Below, piece by piece: positions 1 through 13,179 of a DNA stretch of 64,000 nucleotides. Location: the NCBI GenBank assembly GCA_030390025.1, contig CM059432.1, positions 33,172,001 through 33,236,000 of the forward strand, given 5' to 3'. This stretch comes from Squalus acanthias. Taxonomy: Eukaryota. The position numbers and the translations under genes are program-made. Numbering within the stretch: position 1 is the stretch's first letter; every line of letters begins with the position of its first letter. The notes beneath the pieces were generated by a model. That model saw nothing but the letters and a program-made list of their open reading frames with translations. It was not told where the DNA came from and did not search any database.

Positions 1-1285
1 TGTTGTCCAGGTCGTCTTGTATGCGGGCATGGACTGTTTCATTATCTGAGGAGTTGCGAATGGAACTGAACACTCTGCAATCATCAGTGAACATCCCCAC
101 TTCTGACCTTATGATGGAGGGAAGGTCATTGATGAAACAGCTGAAGATGGTTGGACCTAGGACACTGCCCTGAGGAACTCCTGCAGCGATGTCCTGGGGC
201 TGAGATGATTGACCTCCAACCACCTCAACCATCTTCCTTTGTGCAAGGTATGACTTCAGCCAGTGGAAAGTTTCCCACTGACTTCAATTTTACTAGGGCT
301 CCTTGATGCCAAACTCAGTCAAATGCTGCCTTGATGTCAAGGGCAGTCACTCTCACTTCACCTCTGGAATTCAGCTCTTTTGTCCATGTTTGGACCAATG
401 TTGTAATGAGGTTTGGAGCCGAGTAGTCCTGACGGAATCCAAACTGGGCATCAGTGAGTAGGTTATTGGTGAGTAAGTGCCACTTGGAAGGTGTCATCGA
501 CAATGCTATCATCACTTTGCTGATGATTGAGAGTAGACTGATGGGGTGGTAATTGGCTGGATTGGATTTGTCCTGCTTTTTGTGGACAGGACATACCTGA
601 GCAATTTTCCACATTGTCAGGTAGATGCCAGTGTTGTAGCAGCTGTACTGGAACAGCTTGGCTAGAGGCGCGGCTATTTCTGGTGCGCAAGTCTTCAGCA
701 CGACAGCCGGGATGTTGTCAGGGCCCACAGCCTTTGCAGTATCCAGTGCACTCAGCTGTTTCTTGATATCACGTGGAGTGAATCGAATTGGCTTGAAAAC
801 TGGCTTCTGTGATGGTGGGGACCTCAGGAGGAGGCCGATATGGATTATCCATTCTACTTCTGGCTGAAGATAGTTGCAAATGCTTCAGCGTTGTCTTTTG
901 CACTCGCGTGCTGGGCTCCACCATCATTGAGGATGGGGATATTCATGGAGCCTCTTCCTCCCATTAGTTGTTTAATGGTCCACCACCATTCACAACTGGA
1001 TGTGGCATAAATGTAGAGCTTTGATCTGATCCATTGGTTGTGGGATCGCTTAGCTCTGTCTATAGCATGCTGCTTCCGCATGTAGTCCTGTGTTGCAGCT
1101 TCCCCAGGTTGGCACCTCATTTTTAGGTATGCCTGGTGCTGCTCCTGGCATGCTCTTCTACACTTCTCATTGAACCAGTGTTGGTCCCCTGGCTTGGTGG
1201 TAATGGTAGAGTGAGGGATATGCCAGGCCATGAGGTTACAGATTATGGTGGTATACAATTCTGCTGCTGATGGCCCACAGCACCC
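1..1285 (-). mobile_element. Degenerate non-LTR retrotransposon RT fragment (CR1 superfamily, Crack/Daphne-like)
   Basis: ORF 315-728 GPDNIP...WKIAQVCPVHKK..NYHPISLLS..QFGFR..ALDIKAAFD. Frameshifted; continues left of the window. Confidence 0.85.
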
Positions 1286-3695
1286 AGTTATAACCTTTCT
1301 ATAGTATTGAGCTCCCGGCATCTGACAAGTGTCCCTTTTTTTTCCCCCTTATCCTACCCTGTATGCTCCTTGACTTCCAGTGGGCTCTAATGAGAGTCCC
1401 ACCCTTTTTCTTTGTGGGAACATATTTGCTCTGGACCCTCCCTATGTCCTCCTTGAATGCCTCCCACTGCTCTGACACTGATTTACCTTCAAGTAGATGT
1501 TTCCAGTCCACTTTTGCTAAATCACATCTCAACTTAGTACCTTCCTCAATCAAGAACTTTTACATCTGGTCTATCTTTGTCCTTTTCCACAACTATGCTA
1601 AATCTAACTGAACTGTGATCACTACCACCAAAATACTCTCCCACTGATGCCCTTTCCACCTGCCCAGCTTCATTCCCTGGAACTAAGTCCAGAACCTCCC
1701 CCTCTCTTGTTGGGATTGTTATGTACTGGCTAAAAAAGTTCTCCTGAATACATTTTAAGAATTCTGCGCCCTCTTCTTCTTGCACTAATTCTAGTCGTTG
1801 AAATTCCCTTCTATTACTGCCCTATTGTTTTTGCACTTCAGAAATTTGCACACATTTACTGTTTGGGGGTCTATAGTACACTCCCAGCAGTGTGATTGCC
1901 CCTTTTTTGTTCTTCAGTTCAATCCATATGGCCTCATTTAATGATCCTTCTAACATATTATCCCTCCTCACAGCTGTAATTGTTTCCTTAACCAATATCA
2001 CGACCCATCTCTCTCTCTCGTCTGAAAATCCTATAACCAGGAATGTTGAGCTGCCATTCCTGCCCTTCTTTAAGCCATGTTTCAGTAATTGTTCTGATAT
2101 CATGCTTCCAAGTGTCTATCTGTGCCTTCAGCTCATCTGCCCTGTTCACTGGACTCCTTGCATTGAAGTATATACCATCCTAGCACTGCCAAAATCTTTC
2201 ATTGTCTATTTTCTAGCCTTTGCTTCCTCTGCCTTCCAAACTCACTTACTAATTTACTGCCTTCCATTTCCAGCTTTGCTTCTCTCCTTACTAAATCTAC
2301 GCTCTGATTCCCATCCCTCTGCTAAGCTAGTTTAAACCCTCCCCAAGAGCACTCGTAAACCCCCCCACCTTGCAAGGATATTGGTCCTGGCCCTGTTGAG
2401 GTGCAACCTGTCTGATTTGTACAGGTTCCACCTCCCCCCAGAACCGGTCCCATGTCCCAGGAATCTGAAGCCCTCCCTCCTGCACCATCTCTCCAGTCAC
2501 GCATTCATCTGTGCTATCATCCTATTTCTATACTCACTAGCTCGTGGCACCGGAGTAATCCGGAGATTACTACCTTTTGAGGTCCTGCTTATTAATTTTT
2601 TTTCCTAGCTCCCTAAATTCTGCCTGCAGGACCTCATCCCTCTTTCTACCTATGTCACTGGTATCGATATGGACCACGACCTCTGGCTGTTCACCTTACC
2701 CCCTCAGTGTCCTGCAGCCACTCAGTGACATCCTTGACCCTGGTACCAAGGAGGCAACCTACCATCCTGGAGTCAAGTCTGCAGCCACAGAAACACCTGT
2801 CTGTTCCCCAACTATTGAATGCCCTATTACTCTTGCTTTCCTGACCTTGCTCCTCTCCTTGCGCCCCCTCCCTGGTACAGCTGAGCCACCCACGGTGCCA
2901 TGACCTTGGCTCCAGCTGTACTTCCCAGAGGAACTATCACCCTCACCAGTTCGGTTAGGGAGCAAGATGCAGTCAGGGGACTCCTGCACTACCTGGCTCG
3001 TCCTCCTTGACTATCTGGAGGTCACTCATTCTCTCTCTACCTGCACACTCTTGAGCTGTGGGGTGACCACCTCCTGAAATGTGTTATCCATGTAGCTCTC
3101 AGCCTCGCGGATGCACTGCAGTGACGCCAACCGCTGCTCAAACTCCAAAACCTGGAGTTTGAGCTCCTGCAGCTGATGACACATCCTGCCTATGTGGTTG
3201 TGCCCATGTGGTTGTTCAGGACACGAGAAGCGTCCTGGGCTTCCCACATGGCACAGGATGTGCATTCGAAGGGACTGAGGTGCCCTTCCATGCCTCTCTA
3301 TTAAATTACTAACTAACCCACTGCCCTAATTTAGAAAGAAGACAAAGGTAATACTCACCAACCAATCACCTTACCTGCTGGCCTGTGACTTCTTCGAGTT
3401 TCTGCCTGTGCTTAGCTCAGCTCTCCCGCCCTCGGGCCCTCCTTTTATCCGCCTCCAATCTCGCTTTCTGTTACCCACCAATCTGCTCGCTCTGCGGCAG
3501 TGACTTCACTTCACTTCTGAATTTCTTTCTCAGTTTTCCGCGTTCAGCTCACACTCTGACTTCTCGCTCTCACTGACACTTTGCTGCCAGCTCTCCCGCT
3601 TTTCTCTGTGGTCCTCTCGCTCTCTCCGACTCTGCTGCTGGTTCTCCAGCTTTTATCTGTTGTCTTCTTGCACTATTTCCCCTCAGGTTCGCGCT
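1286..3695 (-). mobile_element. CR1 LINE 5' half (5'UTR, ORF1 with Zn-finger/coiled-coil and SGNH esterase, ORF2 endonuclease), degenerate
   Basis: LQELKLQVLEFEQRLASLQCIREAESY and VIGHSIV (ORF1); GVYYRPP, FLKCIQENF, LDLV and SDH (APE endonuclease). Confidence 0.9.
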
Positions 3696-4160
3696 CTCCA
3701 CTGAATGTGCAACTGTACTCGCCTTTCCTAACCTGGTTAGGTCATTAAAGTGCTTGCTGTTGACCTCGGCCACCTCCAGTCACTCCCTCTTCATCGCAGG
3801 AGCAGGTTTCTTCCTCCCATTGCTGGTGAAGAGTATCTCTCTCCGACGACTCACTGCACCCAGCAAGTACATCAAACGATGCGTCGTTGAATCTTGGTGC
3901 AGCCCATGCCCGTCCTGTATCCATCACAAAACTTAAGTTTGCTGCAACTTCTACCTCCTCCAAATTCCATCCTTGGATTGTCCCTTTAAATACTTCAGTT
4001 GAGATTACGTCATGCGGGTCCTCACTGGAGATACAAGACCTGGAAGTAAAATTGAGGTGGCCCCGTAAAATTGCACATTGTGCCGAGACTTCAACTGGGT
4101 TTCTCACCCGCACAACGGCTTCTCCGCGCAGGCCTCTGATTAAAATATCAATTGAGCCCC
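3696..4160 (-). mobile_element. Harbinger end with degenerate Myb/SANT exon 1
   Basis: AAPRFNDAS... then HFNDLTRLGK in a shifted frame; terminal aattgagcccc resembles the other Harbinger TIRs in the window. Confidence 0.75.
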
Positions 4161-4750
4161 AATGATGTCTTTGGAGCCCAATATTTTAAAAAGGGACTCC
4201 GCCGATTTTCCATGGGTGTCCTTCCCACCAGCTCAGAATAGCAGGTTAAAATTGGGACCTGCAGCAAGAGAGCTAGACCTCAGCTGGTAAGTCTCGGTAA
4301 TTTTTAACTGCCTGTCCGCTGAGTGGGACAGGATTAAAATCGTCCCTTAAGTCAATGACCTAATGCGCGAGGTCTCAGCTGGACAAGGAAAAGGAAATTG
4401 ACCAGTGCTCGATGTTGGTAATTTTCATGGTTGTAGCGGGTTTAACTCCAGCAGTACCACTGCCCACGTTTTGGGGGTGGGGGGTCTCCAAAACGTGGCT
4501 CTTGATCGATGTTCCCGTTGAGCTGCATGACCTGCGTTCTGGAGGTCCCGCGAAGGCTGCTCAACGGCTTTACAATTGAAATAACAGCGCATGTGCCAGA
4601 AACTGAATAGGCCACGCAGCCCTTGAGGCCATGCACCCAAAATAAAATCAGTGGGAACTTTGCTCTTGACATCCTGTTTCTCTGGACCTCGGCTCTGTCC
4701 CTGTGGGCAGTGTGCATACACTCCATAATCAGGCAAACAGAACATCTACG

Positions 4751-5862
4751 ATAGCAAAATACTGCGGATGCTGGAAATCAGAAATAACAACAGAAAACGC
4801 TGGAAAAACTCAGCAGGCCAGGCAACATCCATGGAGAGAGAAAGAGAGTTAACGTTTCAGGTCGAAACCCTTCGTCGGAACTGAGAGAGCAAGAAATAAA
4901 CAGATAAAAATGCAAGGGGGAGGCTGGGGGGAGGAATAAAAGAACAAAAGGGATGGTCTTTAGTGAGTAGAGACATTGAGAGATGCTCAAGGCAAGACGA
5001 GATGGTAATGGGACAGGTTGAGAAACAAAAGGTAAGGTGTGAAATGCTGGCAGAATCAGAGACAGCTGCCGTGGGGGGAGAGAGAGAAAAAAAGGAAAAA
5101 GGCACGGACCACAAGAGTGGATAAAATGTATACATATGTGGTAGGGGCCGGGGTTATGATCTGAAATTGTTGAACTCGATATTGAGTCCGGAAGGCTGTA
5201 AAGTGCCTAAACGGAAGATGAGGTGCTGTTCCTGGAGCTTACGCTGCGCTTCCGTGGAACAATGCAAGAGGCCGAGGACGGTGAGGTCTGAGTGAGCGAG
5301 GAGGGGTGAATTAAAATGACAAGCGACCGGAAGCTCGGGGGCACCCTTCCGGACTGAACGGAGGTGTTCCGCAATGCGGTCACCCAATCTGCGTTTGGTC
5401 TCCCCAATGTAGAGGAGACCACATCGTGAGCAGCGAATACAGTATACTAAATTGCAGGAAGTACAAGTGAATCGCTGTTTCACCTGGAAGGGGTGTTTGG
5501 GGCCCTGGACAGTGGGAAGAGGGGAGGTGTAAGGGCATGTGTTGCATCTCCTGCGCGTGCACGGGAAGGTGCCGGGCGAAGGGGAAGGGGTGCTGGGGGT
5601 GGTAGAGGAGTGGACTAGGGTGTCGCGGAGGGAGCGGTCCCTGCGGAATGCTGAAAGGGGAGGTGAGGGGAAGATGTGTTTGGTGGTGGGATCACGCTGG
5701 AGGTGGCGGAAATGGCGGAGGATGATCCGTTGAATGTGGAGGCTGGTGGGGTGAAAGGTGAGGACAAGGGGAACCCTATCGTGGTTCCGGGAGGGAGGGG
5801 CAGGGGTGAGGGCAGAAGTGCGGGAGATAGAACGGACACGGTCGAGGGCCGTGTCGACCACG
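4751..5862 (-). mobile_element. 5'-truncated young Penelope-like element with an open GIY-YIG endonuclease frame
   Basis: ORF to 5154: CTRRRCNTC..NLVYCIRCSRCGLLYIGETKRRL..EH..HF..GLN. 11-bp TSD GAACATCTACG at 4740-4750 and 5863-5873. CpG-rich. Confidence 0.93.
4847..4882 (-). ncRNA. Minimal hammerhead ribozyme motif in PLE 3' region (U4C core variant)
   Basis: Minus strand AGTT-CCGACGA-A-GGGT TTCG ACCT-GAAAC-GTT-AACT: stem I AGTT/AACT, stem II with TTCG loop, palindromic AACGTT stem III. Confidence 0.65.
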
Positions 5863-6199
5863 GAACATCTACGTGTGTAGATTTTACTGTAGCTTGCTTT
5901 GGAGCTTCTGCAAGTACCACACCCAAGCTGACAAAGTAATACTGACAACAGGCTTCTTTGTTTAGCATGTTCTGTGTACATCTGTTTTGTCCCTATGGCA
6001 GTACATACATATTATGCACATGTTTGTGTATATATAAATAAAAGGATACAATAGCAATAAAGCAACGGTAAACCTGATGGGGATCTTTATTCAACTTGTA
6101 TGCAGAGATGAATTCACTTCAGGGAGAGTTCCAGATTCTGGGAAGGTGCAGCAGTTATTACTATGGTTACTAGGAATTCATGCAAAGCAACATGGGAGA

Positions 6200-6361
6200 G
6201 GAGGAGCCTGATTGCTGAACTGTACTTCCTTACTGATGCAGTTTACACTACACGCAAATAATTCTGGTTTCACAACCTCAGTTTGCTCTCAGCACTGTGA
6301 GACAGGGTAGATGTGAAACACTGATTCAAACAGGACAACTGAGGCGTCGCAGCTACTGCAG
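6200..6361 (+). other. Candidate non-coding first exon of ALS2CL (start approximate)
   Basis: Unique non-repeat island ending in a consensus donor CTGCAG|gtaaga. Exon 48507 has an acceptor, so an upstream exon must exist. The link between them is inference. Confidence 0.35.
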
Positions 6362-7276
6362 GTAAGACAATGGGACACGCAAAAATGCTTGTTGCTGTAC
6401 AGCAAATAATTCTGCCAGGACTTGCTTTCCTTTTTTTTTGAAAAATAGTTACTTGTCTTATTCTAAAGGAATTCTTTTGCTCGACAGGCTTTTAAAAAAA
6501 AAAAATCTAAATCCAACATGGTTCGTGCTGTTTTGAGTTTAACACCTCTTGTTTTGCCCGGACTGGCTGAGTCTGTCAGTTGGTCAGATAGTCTGTCCTT
6601 GGCAAGCATTGCAGTGCTGCTGAATCAGCCCTCCTTTTATAAAAAAAAATGTTGGTTCTCCCTTGCTTAATAGTTGAGCTGAGACAATTAAAACTTGTTG
6701 CAACGTATCTCTACACAGGGCTGAGATTTGCAGACCAGTATTTGCTGACTATGATGGGAAGTGAGAGTAGGAGGTGATCACCATCCATCTCTCCGTGTCG
6801 ATTTTCTTCCCGCTCCCCCATCCCTTTCCCCCTATACATAACTCGGGCATTTGTTACACGGAACATTCCCCACAATCCATGGAAAATAAGGGCTTGTGTT
6901 CAGGAATTGTATTTGACCTTTTTTGTATGAAACATGCAAAGCTGCACTGTGGGCATAATTCAGCACTGCAGTGAGATGTTGGAATGCACCCAACAGTAGC
7001 AAAAGAGCCTGGAATGATCCCAAGAAATGGTAAAAATGCTCAGCGCAGAGTTCTGTGCACAGTGCTGGAAAATGTATGCACCCATTATATTCGGCTCCTG
7101 TTATTTAAGTTGAAACTGGCAGGAAAGAGTGTTTCCCTTGAATAAGGAACTCCTCTTTCCCGCTGTCACAATCTGATTCCTTGCAGATAAAATGTTTCCA
7201 AACCATATGCGGTCCTTTTTTTTTAAAGTGGTAAAACTTAACTCGTGCGCAATCACACAGTACAAACTACCTGAAT

Positions 7277-7652
7277 AGCTCAGTGAAGCACTCTGGTCTC
7301 TGAGCCAGAAGGTTGTGGGTTCAAGACCCACTCCAGAGACTTGAGCACAAAATCTAGGCTGACACTTCAGTGCAGTTCTGAGGGAATGCTGCACTGCAGG
7401 AGGGTGCCGTCTTTCCGATGAGATTAATCCGAGGCCCTGTCTGTCATCTCAGGTGGACATAAAAGATCCCATGGCCCTATTTCAAAGAGCAGCAGGGGAG
7501 TTCTCCCAGTGTCCTTCCTGGCCAATATTTATCCTTCTACCAATATTACTTTATATAAAAAATGATCTGGTCATTATTGCATTGGTGTTTGTGGGCAAAT
7601 TGGCTGCCGTGTTGACTACACTTCAAAAGTACTTCATTGGCTGAAGCACTTT
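7277..7652 (+). mobile_element. Deu-domain tRNA-derived SINE (SacSINE1-like)
   Basis: A/B boxes (agctcagtg..., gggttcaagaccc) and Deu core tcaggtggacataaaagatcccatggc...gcaggggagttctccc. Confidence 0.85.
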
Positions 7653-8074
7653 TCAAGTTTCTTTCTTTGCTTTCTTAAATCAACCAGAATGCCCTGCTGC
7701 CACAGGCTGTGCATAGAATTGTTTGGCAAACTTCTTTTAAGGTGGTACCCTTTTAAAAGAGATTGGGATCAACTCAGGAATGTGGGAACTAGGGATTGTT
7801 ACCAGTACAAATTGTTTTTTTTTAATTACAAGTTTTCATCCCTTTTTCTGTAAACGCAGAATGCGAGTGGGCTCGATTAAGTTGAGGGAATGTGGCTTGA
7901 TATTTTGGAGGGTAGTACCTTCATAAGTGCACCTGGCAATGTTCGCTGTCTTGATTCTCAATATTGGCTGTTCATTGCTCTATTTGAGTGTGAATGGACT
8001 TGCTTAGCGTTTCCAACGTTCACTATTTTAATTTCAGATCCCCTGTATCTGCAGAACGTTTATTTCGGCCGTTT

Positions 8075-8402
8075 CTAACCTCCTCCAGCCCTACAACCCC
8101 TCAGAGGACTCTGCGTTCCTCCAACTCTGGCCTCTTGTGCATCTCCCACTCCCTTGGTCCCACCATTGGTAGCTGTGCCTTCAGCTGTCTAAACCCCATT
8201 CTCTGGAATTCTCCCCCTAAACCCCTCCACTTTGCTCTCCTCGTTTAAGATACTCCTCAAAACTTGCCTCTTGGAACAAGATTTTAGTTACCACATCTAC
8301 TATCTCCTTCATTGGCTCTTTCTCTATTTTTAGCTTTTGCGCTCCTATGAAGCACCGTGGGACGTTTTATTAAGTAATAGGCGCTATATAAGTGCAAGTT
8401 GT
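8075..8402 (+). mobile_element. L2 LINE 3' end
   Basis: RTLRSSNSGLL..WNSPPKPL-type C-terminus and ggcgctatataagtgcaagttgtt tail shared with the other L2 copies. Confidence 0.8.
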
Positions 8403-8639
8403 TTTCCTTATGCAAGTCTCTCCCAGGCCTTTTAATGCCTTGGCTGTTAGCACTTTATTTTCTGTTTTCCAATGTCTTTCCATTGCATCAGTGAGCTGAT
8501 CTTTTACATAATTTTACCAGTTTCTTCCTTTTTCTAATAAACAGTCTTCCGGCCATTAACCCATTTCTTCCTCTTTGGTAACAAGACCTGTTTTTTTTTT
8601 AACACTTTTCCTGTTTTTTTCAGTTCTGACTAATCAAAC

Positions 8640-9072
8640 CGCACAGAAGGAGGGCATTAGGCCCACTGTGCCTGTGCTACCTCTTTGGAAGAGCTATTTA
8701 ATTAGTCCCACTCCTCCTGTTCTTTCCCCATAACCCTGAAACTTTTTCCTTTTCAAGGATATATTCAAATCCCTTTGAAAGTTACTGCTGAACCTTCTTC
8801 CAACACCTTTTCAGGCAGTGCATTCCAGATCACACCAACTCGCTGCGTAAAAAAAATTCTTCTCAAATCCCCTTCTGGTTCTTCGCCAATCATCTTAAAT
8901 CTGTATCCTCTGGTTACCAACTCTCCTGCTGGAGGAAACAGTTTCTCCATGTTTACTCCATTAAAACCCCTCAGAATTTTGAACACCTATTAAATTTTCC
9001 CTTAACCTTTTGCTCTAAGGAGAACAATCCCAGCTTCTCCAGTCTCTCCACATAACTGAAGTCCCTCCTCCC
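8640..9072 (-). mobile_element. CR1 LINE 3' fragment
   Basis: FKILRG..TRGYRFK..FFTQRVGVIWNALP. Confidence 0.85.
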
Positions 9073-9359
9073 TGAAGGGTCTATATATGAAACATTGATG
9101 TACATTTTCTCTTTACAGATTCTGACATGTGCATACTCTGGTTTTTATTTCAGATTTCCTGAATTTATAGGTGTTTTTTTTTCCTTTCCATTTTCCTTGG
9201 TTACATTATTTTTATGGTAATTTCTAAGATGCGTGCAGAGGACACCCTTGACGAATTGGCTTGGAAGAGTTACTGACTGAATCTGATTCTTAATATTAAA
9301 TAACAGCAAATACTGGAAATACTCAGCAGGTCAGGCAGCATCTGTGAAGAGAGAAATAG

Positions 9360-9396
9360 AGTTAACGTTTCAGGTTGATGACCTATCATCAGAACT
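9360..9396 (-). ncRNA. Minimal hammerhead ribozyme motif with intact CUGAUGA/GAAA core
   Basis: Minus strand AGTT-CTGATGA-T-AGGT CATCA ACCT-GAAAC-GTT-AACT. Confidence 0.72.
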
Positions 9397-11510
9397 GGAA
9401 AAAGTTAGAGATGTAACAGGTTTTAAGGAAGTACAGAGAAGGGGGGAGGGGAGGAAAGAACAAAAGGCAAGGTCAGTGATAGGATGGAAGGCAGGAGAGA
9501 TTAACTGACAAAGAGGATGATGGTGCAAGGCAAAAGGAGATGGTTATGGAACAAGTAAAGAAACAAAAGATGGGTCTGGAGGAGGTGTAAATGGGAATAG
9601 CAGAATCATTACCAACAGCTGCTGTCCAAAAAAATGAGGGCAGTGGTTATTATCTGAAATTGTTGAACTCAATGGGTTGAGTCCAGAATGCTTCAAGGTG
9701 CCTAATCGAAGGATGAGGTGCTGTTCCTTGAGCTTATATTGATCTTCATTGGAACAGTGTAGGAGGCAGAGGTGGGAGTGGGGCGGAGAATTAAAATGAC
9801 TGGCGACCGGAAGCTTGGGGTCACGCTTACGGACTGAACAGAGTGTTCGTCAAAGCGATCACCCAACCTGTGTTTGGTCTCCCCAATGTAGTGGAGACCG
9901 GCATCGTGAGCAGCGAATACATTATAAGTTGAAAGAAGTACAAGTATATTGCTGTTTCACCTGGAAGGAGTTTTTGGGGCACTGGATGGTGGGAGGTAAA
10001 AGGGCAGGTATTGCATCTCCTGTACTTGCATGGGAAGGGGAGGGAGGGAGTGTTGGGAGTGAGTGAAAAGTGGACCAGGGTGTCATGGAGGAAACAGTCC
10101 CTTCGGAATGCTGAAGGGGGTGGTGGGGGGAAGGAGGAGATGTGTTTGGTGGTGGCATCACGCTGGAGGTGGCAGAAATGGCGGAGAATGATCTGTTGCA
10201 TGTTGCTGGTGGGGTGGAAAGTGAGGACAAGGGGAACCCTATCGTGGTTCTGGGAGGGAGGGGAAGGGGTGAGAGCAGAAGTGCGGGAAATGGGACGGAC
10301 ACGGTCGAGGGCCCTGTCAACCACGGTGATGGGGAATCGTCGGTTGAGGAAAAAAGAAGACCTATCGGAAGCCCTGGTATGGATGGTGGCATCGTCAGAA
10401 CAGATGCGATGGAGAGTGAGAAACTGGGAGAATGGATCAGAGTCCTTACAGGAAGCGGGGTGAGAGGAAGTGTAATTAAGGTAGCTGTGTAAGTCAGTGG
10501 GCTTATAGTGGATATTGGTCGATAGCCTATCCCCAGAAATGGAGATCGAGAAGTCGAGGGAGGGAAGAGTCTGAGATTAACATTGTGAAGGCGAGGGAAA
10601 GGTAGAAATTGGAAGCAAACTTGATGAAATTTTCCAGTTCGATGCGAAAGCAGGAAATGACACTGACACAATCATCAATGTACCGGAAAAAGCAGTGAGG
10701 GAGGGGACCTGAGTAGGATTGAAGCAAAAAATGTTTCACACATTCCACGATAAGGCAGGCATAGCTAGGACAGCAACACTTTTATTTGGAGGAAGTGAGT
10801 GGAATCAAAGGAGAAGTTGTTCAATGTGAGAACATGTTCAGCCAGGCGGAGGGGAGTGGTGGTGGACAGGGGGCTGGTTGGGCCTCCTTTCAAGGAAGAA
10901 GTGGAGGGCCCTCAGGCTTTCCTGGTTTTGGGGGTGGGCGGGGGGGTGGAGGTGTAGAGGGATTGGACGTCCATGGTGAAAAGGAGATAGTTATGGCCAG
11001 GAAACTGGAAACTATTAAAGTGGCGGAGGGCGTCGAAGAGTCATGGATGTTGGTGGGAAGAGACTGGACAAGGGGAGAAAAAATAGAATTGAGATGAGAA
11101 GAAATCACTTCCATGGAGCAAGAACAGGCTGAAATGATGGGTCTACTGGGGGAGTCCTGTTTGTAGATCTTGGGAAGGAAGTAGAAGTGGGCTGTGCGGG
11201 GTTGGGGGACTGAGGTTGGAGGCCATGGTGGGAAGATCGCCAGAGGAGATGAGATCAGTCACAGTCTGGGAAACAATGGCTTGATGTTATGTGGTGGGGT
11301 TATGGTCCAAGGGGGAGGTAGGAGGAGGTGTCAGAGTGTTGGCGTTCAGTCTCCAAGGGAGAGGCTGGTTCGCCAAACGACAACAGTGCCACTCTTGTCA
11401 GCAGGTTTAATGACCATGTTAGGGTTGGACCTGAGTGAACGGAGTGCTGCAAGTTCAGAGGGAGGTTGGTTGGAATGAGTGAGCAGAGTAGAAAAATTGA
11501 GACGGCCGAT

Positions 11511-11807
11511 GAAAATGTGCGGGTTAGGTTGATTTGGCTATGATAAATTGACCCTTAGTGTTAGGGGGGGATTAAATATGTGGGGTTACAGGGATAGGAT
11601 GGGATATGTAAGGGGGAATTAAATACGTGGGGTTACGGGGATAGGGTGGGATATGTGTCGGTGCAGGCTCGATGGGGATTCTGTGTGAGAAAGCAGGGAC
11701 AGGGTACGGGATTTGGATGATCAGCCATGATCGTATTGAATGGTGGAGCAGGCTCGACGGGCCGAATGGCCTACTCCTGCTCCTAGTTTCTATGTTTCTA
11801 TGTTTCT
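11511..11807 (+). mobile_element. V-SINE (HE1-like) core fragment joined to a CR1 3' tail
   Basis: V-domain-like gtgcgggttaggttgatttggctatgataaattgacccttagtgt, an internal ~44-bp tandem duplication, then gggccgaatggcctactcctgctcc and (tttctatg)n tail. Confidence 0.7.
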
Positions 11808-13179
11808 ATGAGACGTTGGCAGTTCCCAGTGAAAAGATCTAGAGAGGGTAAGAGGCCAGAGGGAGGGATCCAGGTGGAACGAGAAGACTGGAGAATGTGC
11901 CTCCTGGTCAAAGAAGTGGGCGCAGGCAAAGGCAACGGAAAAAGAGCTCGGCATTATGCCGAGCTCAAAATTCATTTGAGGTGGGGGCGTAAGGGGATGA
12001 AGCTGAGGCCTTTGCTGAGGACTGATCGTTCGTGGTTGGAGGGAATAGTGAAAACACGGCAAAAGGGTGAGATTGGAAGGAGGGATGGGGTCAGAGGAAA
12101 GTGAGGGGGAAGAAGGATCTGGAGGGGCATTGGTATCCAAGATCTTAATATTAAATAAAGTTATTAACCCACACCAGTGGGATTTGCCATTTCAATTGTG
12201 TTCAAGGCATATTGCCTTGATGAAACAGTTTGTAAACTTTTTTCCACCCGTTTAACACATGATATGAGGGAAATAGGATTGAACCATATCATTGGGTCAC
12301 CTAACAGATGGTATTGTGATGCACTCCTCTTCTCTGAACAACACAAACATTTCGTTATACACTTTCCTTGGACAGTGTCCTGTCATTCCAAAAATGAAAT
12401 GGAAAAATAAATGGGTAAATGTTGATTCCCCACATTACAATAGTGACTATGCTTCAAAAGTACTTCATTGGCTTTTTATTTCAGCTCTTGTGCTATTGGG
12501 CACAGTGGCGCTCTCCAGCCAGATGACGATAAAACAAATTAAAAGAAAAAAATGATAACAAATTGGCACTCGGAACTAAGAATAATAAAGTTAATTGCAA
12601 TTACTATTAAGTTTTTTTTTGGAGGAGGTATAATTTTATGCTCCTGGTGTGAGATCCCTGTTAAGTGTGAGGCATAGCACATTGAGATGAGATGCAGAGT
12701 AAATCTCCCTCTAACACTGCCTGAATCATGCTTTAGCCTCGAGCTTGTGAAGAGCAACTTCTGATGTGACGTTCCCTTACTTCTGGCTTCTCTGACGGAG
12801 AGTGCTAATTAAAAAGAAAGAAAAGAAAGACTTGCATTTACATAGCGCCTTTCACGGCCACCGGACGTCTCAAAGCGCTTTACAGCCAATGAAGTACTTT
12901 TGGAGTGTAGTCACTGTTGTAATGTGGGAAATTAAGGGCTGTTTTACTGGGATTACTGCAAATTAATTTCATACAGGACTCTTAAAGACAGCAGATAAAG
13001 GGCCCATAACTGGTTACTCTAACTTGTTTTGACTTGTAATCAGATACCTTGGTTTAGCTTTGTTGATAACAGCTTTAAAATGGATTTCAAACCTTTTGTA
13101 GTTGGAGTAAGGAATGTCTTATCTAGAACAAACACAACTGAAATGAGTTTACAAGGTAGTAAACCAATTGAATCATTCT

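Larger units (their letters stand above)
9304..12142 (-). mobile_element. Penelope-like element (RT plus GIY-YIG), degenerate, interrupted at 11511-11807
   Basis: FFRYIDDC RT motif; C-terminal region homologous to 4751-5862. 16-bp TSD TCTTAATATTAAATAA at 9288-9303 and 12143-12158. Confidence 0.92.

Noticed and set aside
5863..5981. N-terminal extension of the 275-aa GIY-YIG ORF as a host-TE fusion gene
   Set aside because: It is read-through from flanking DNA beyond the TSD, with no homology or splice support.
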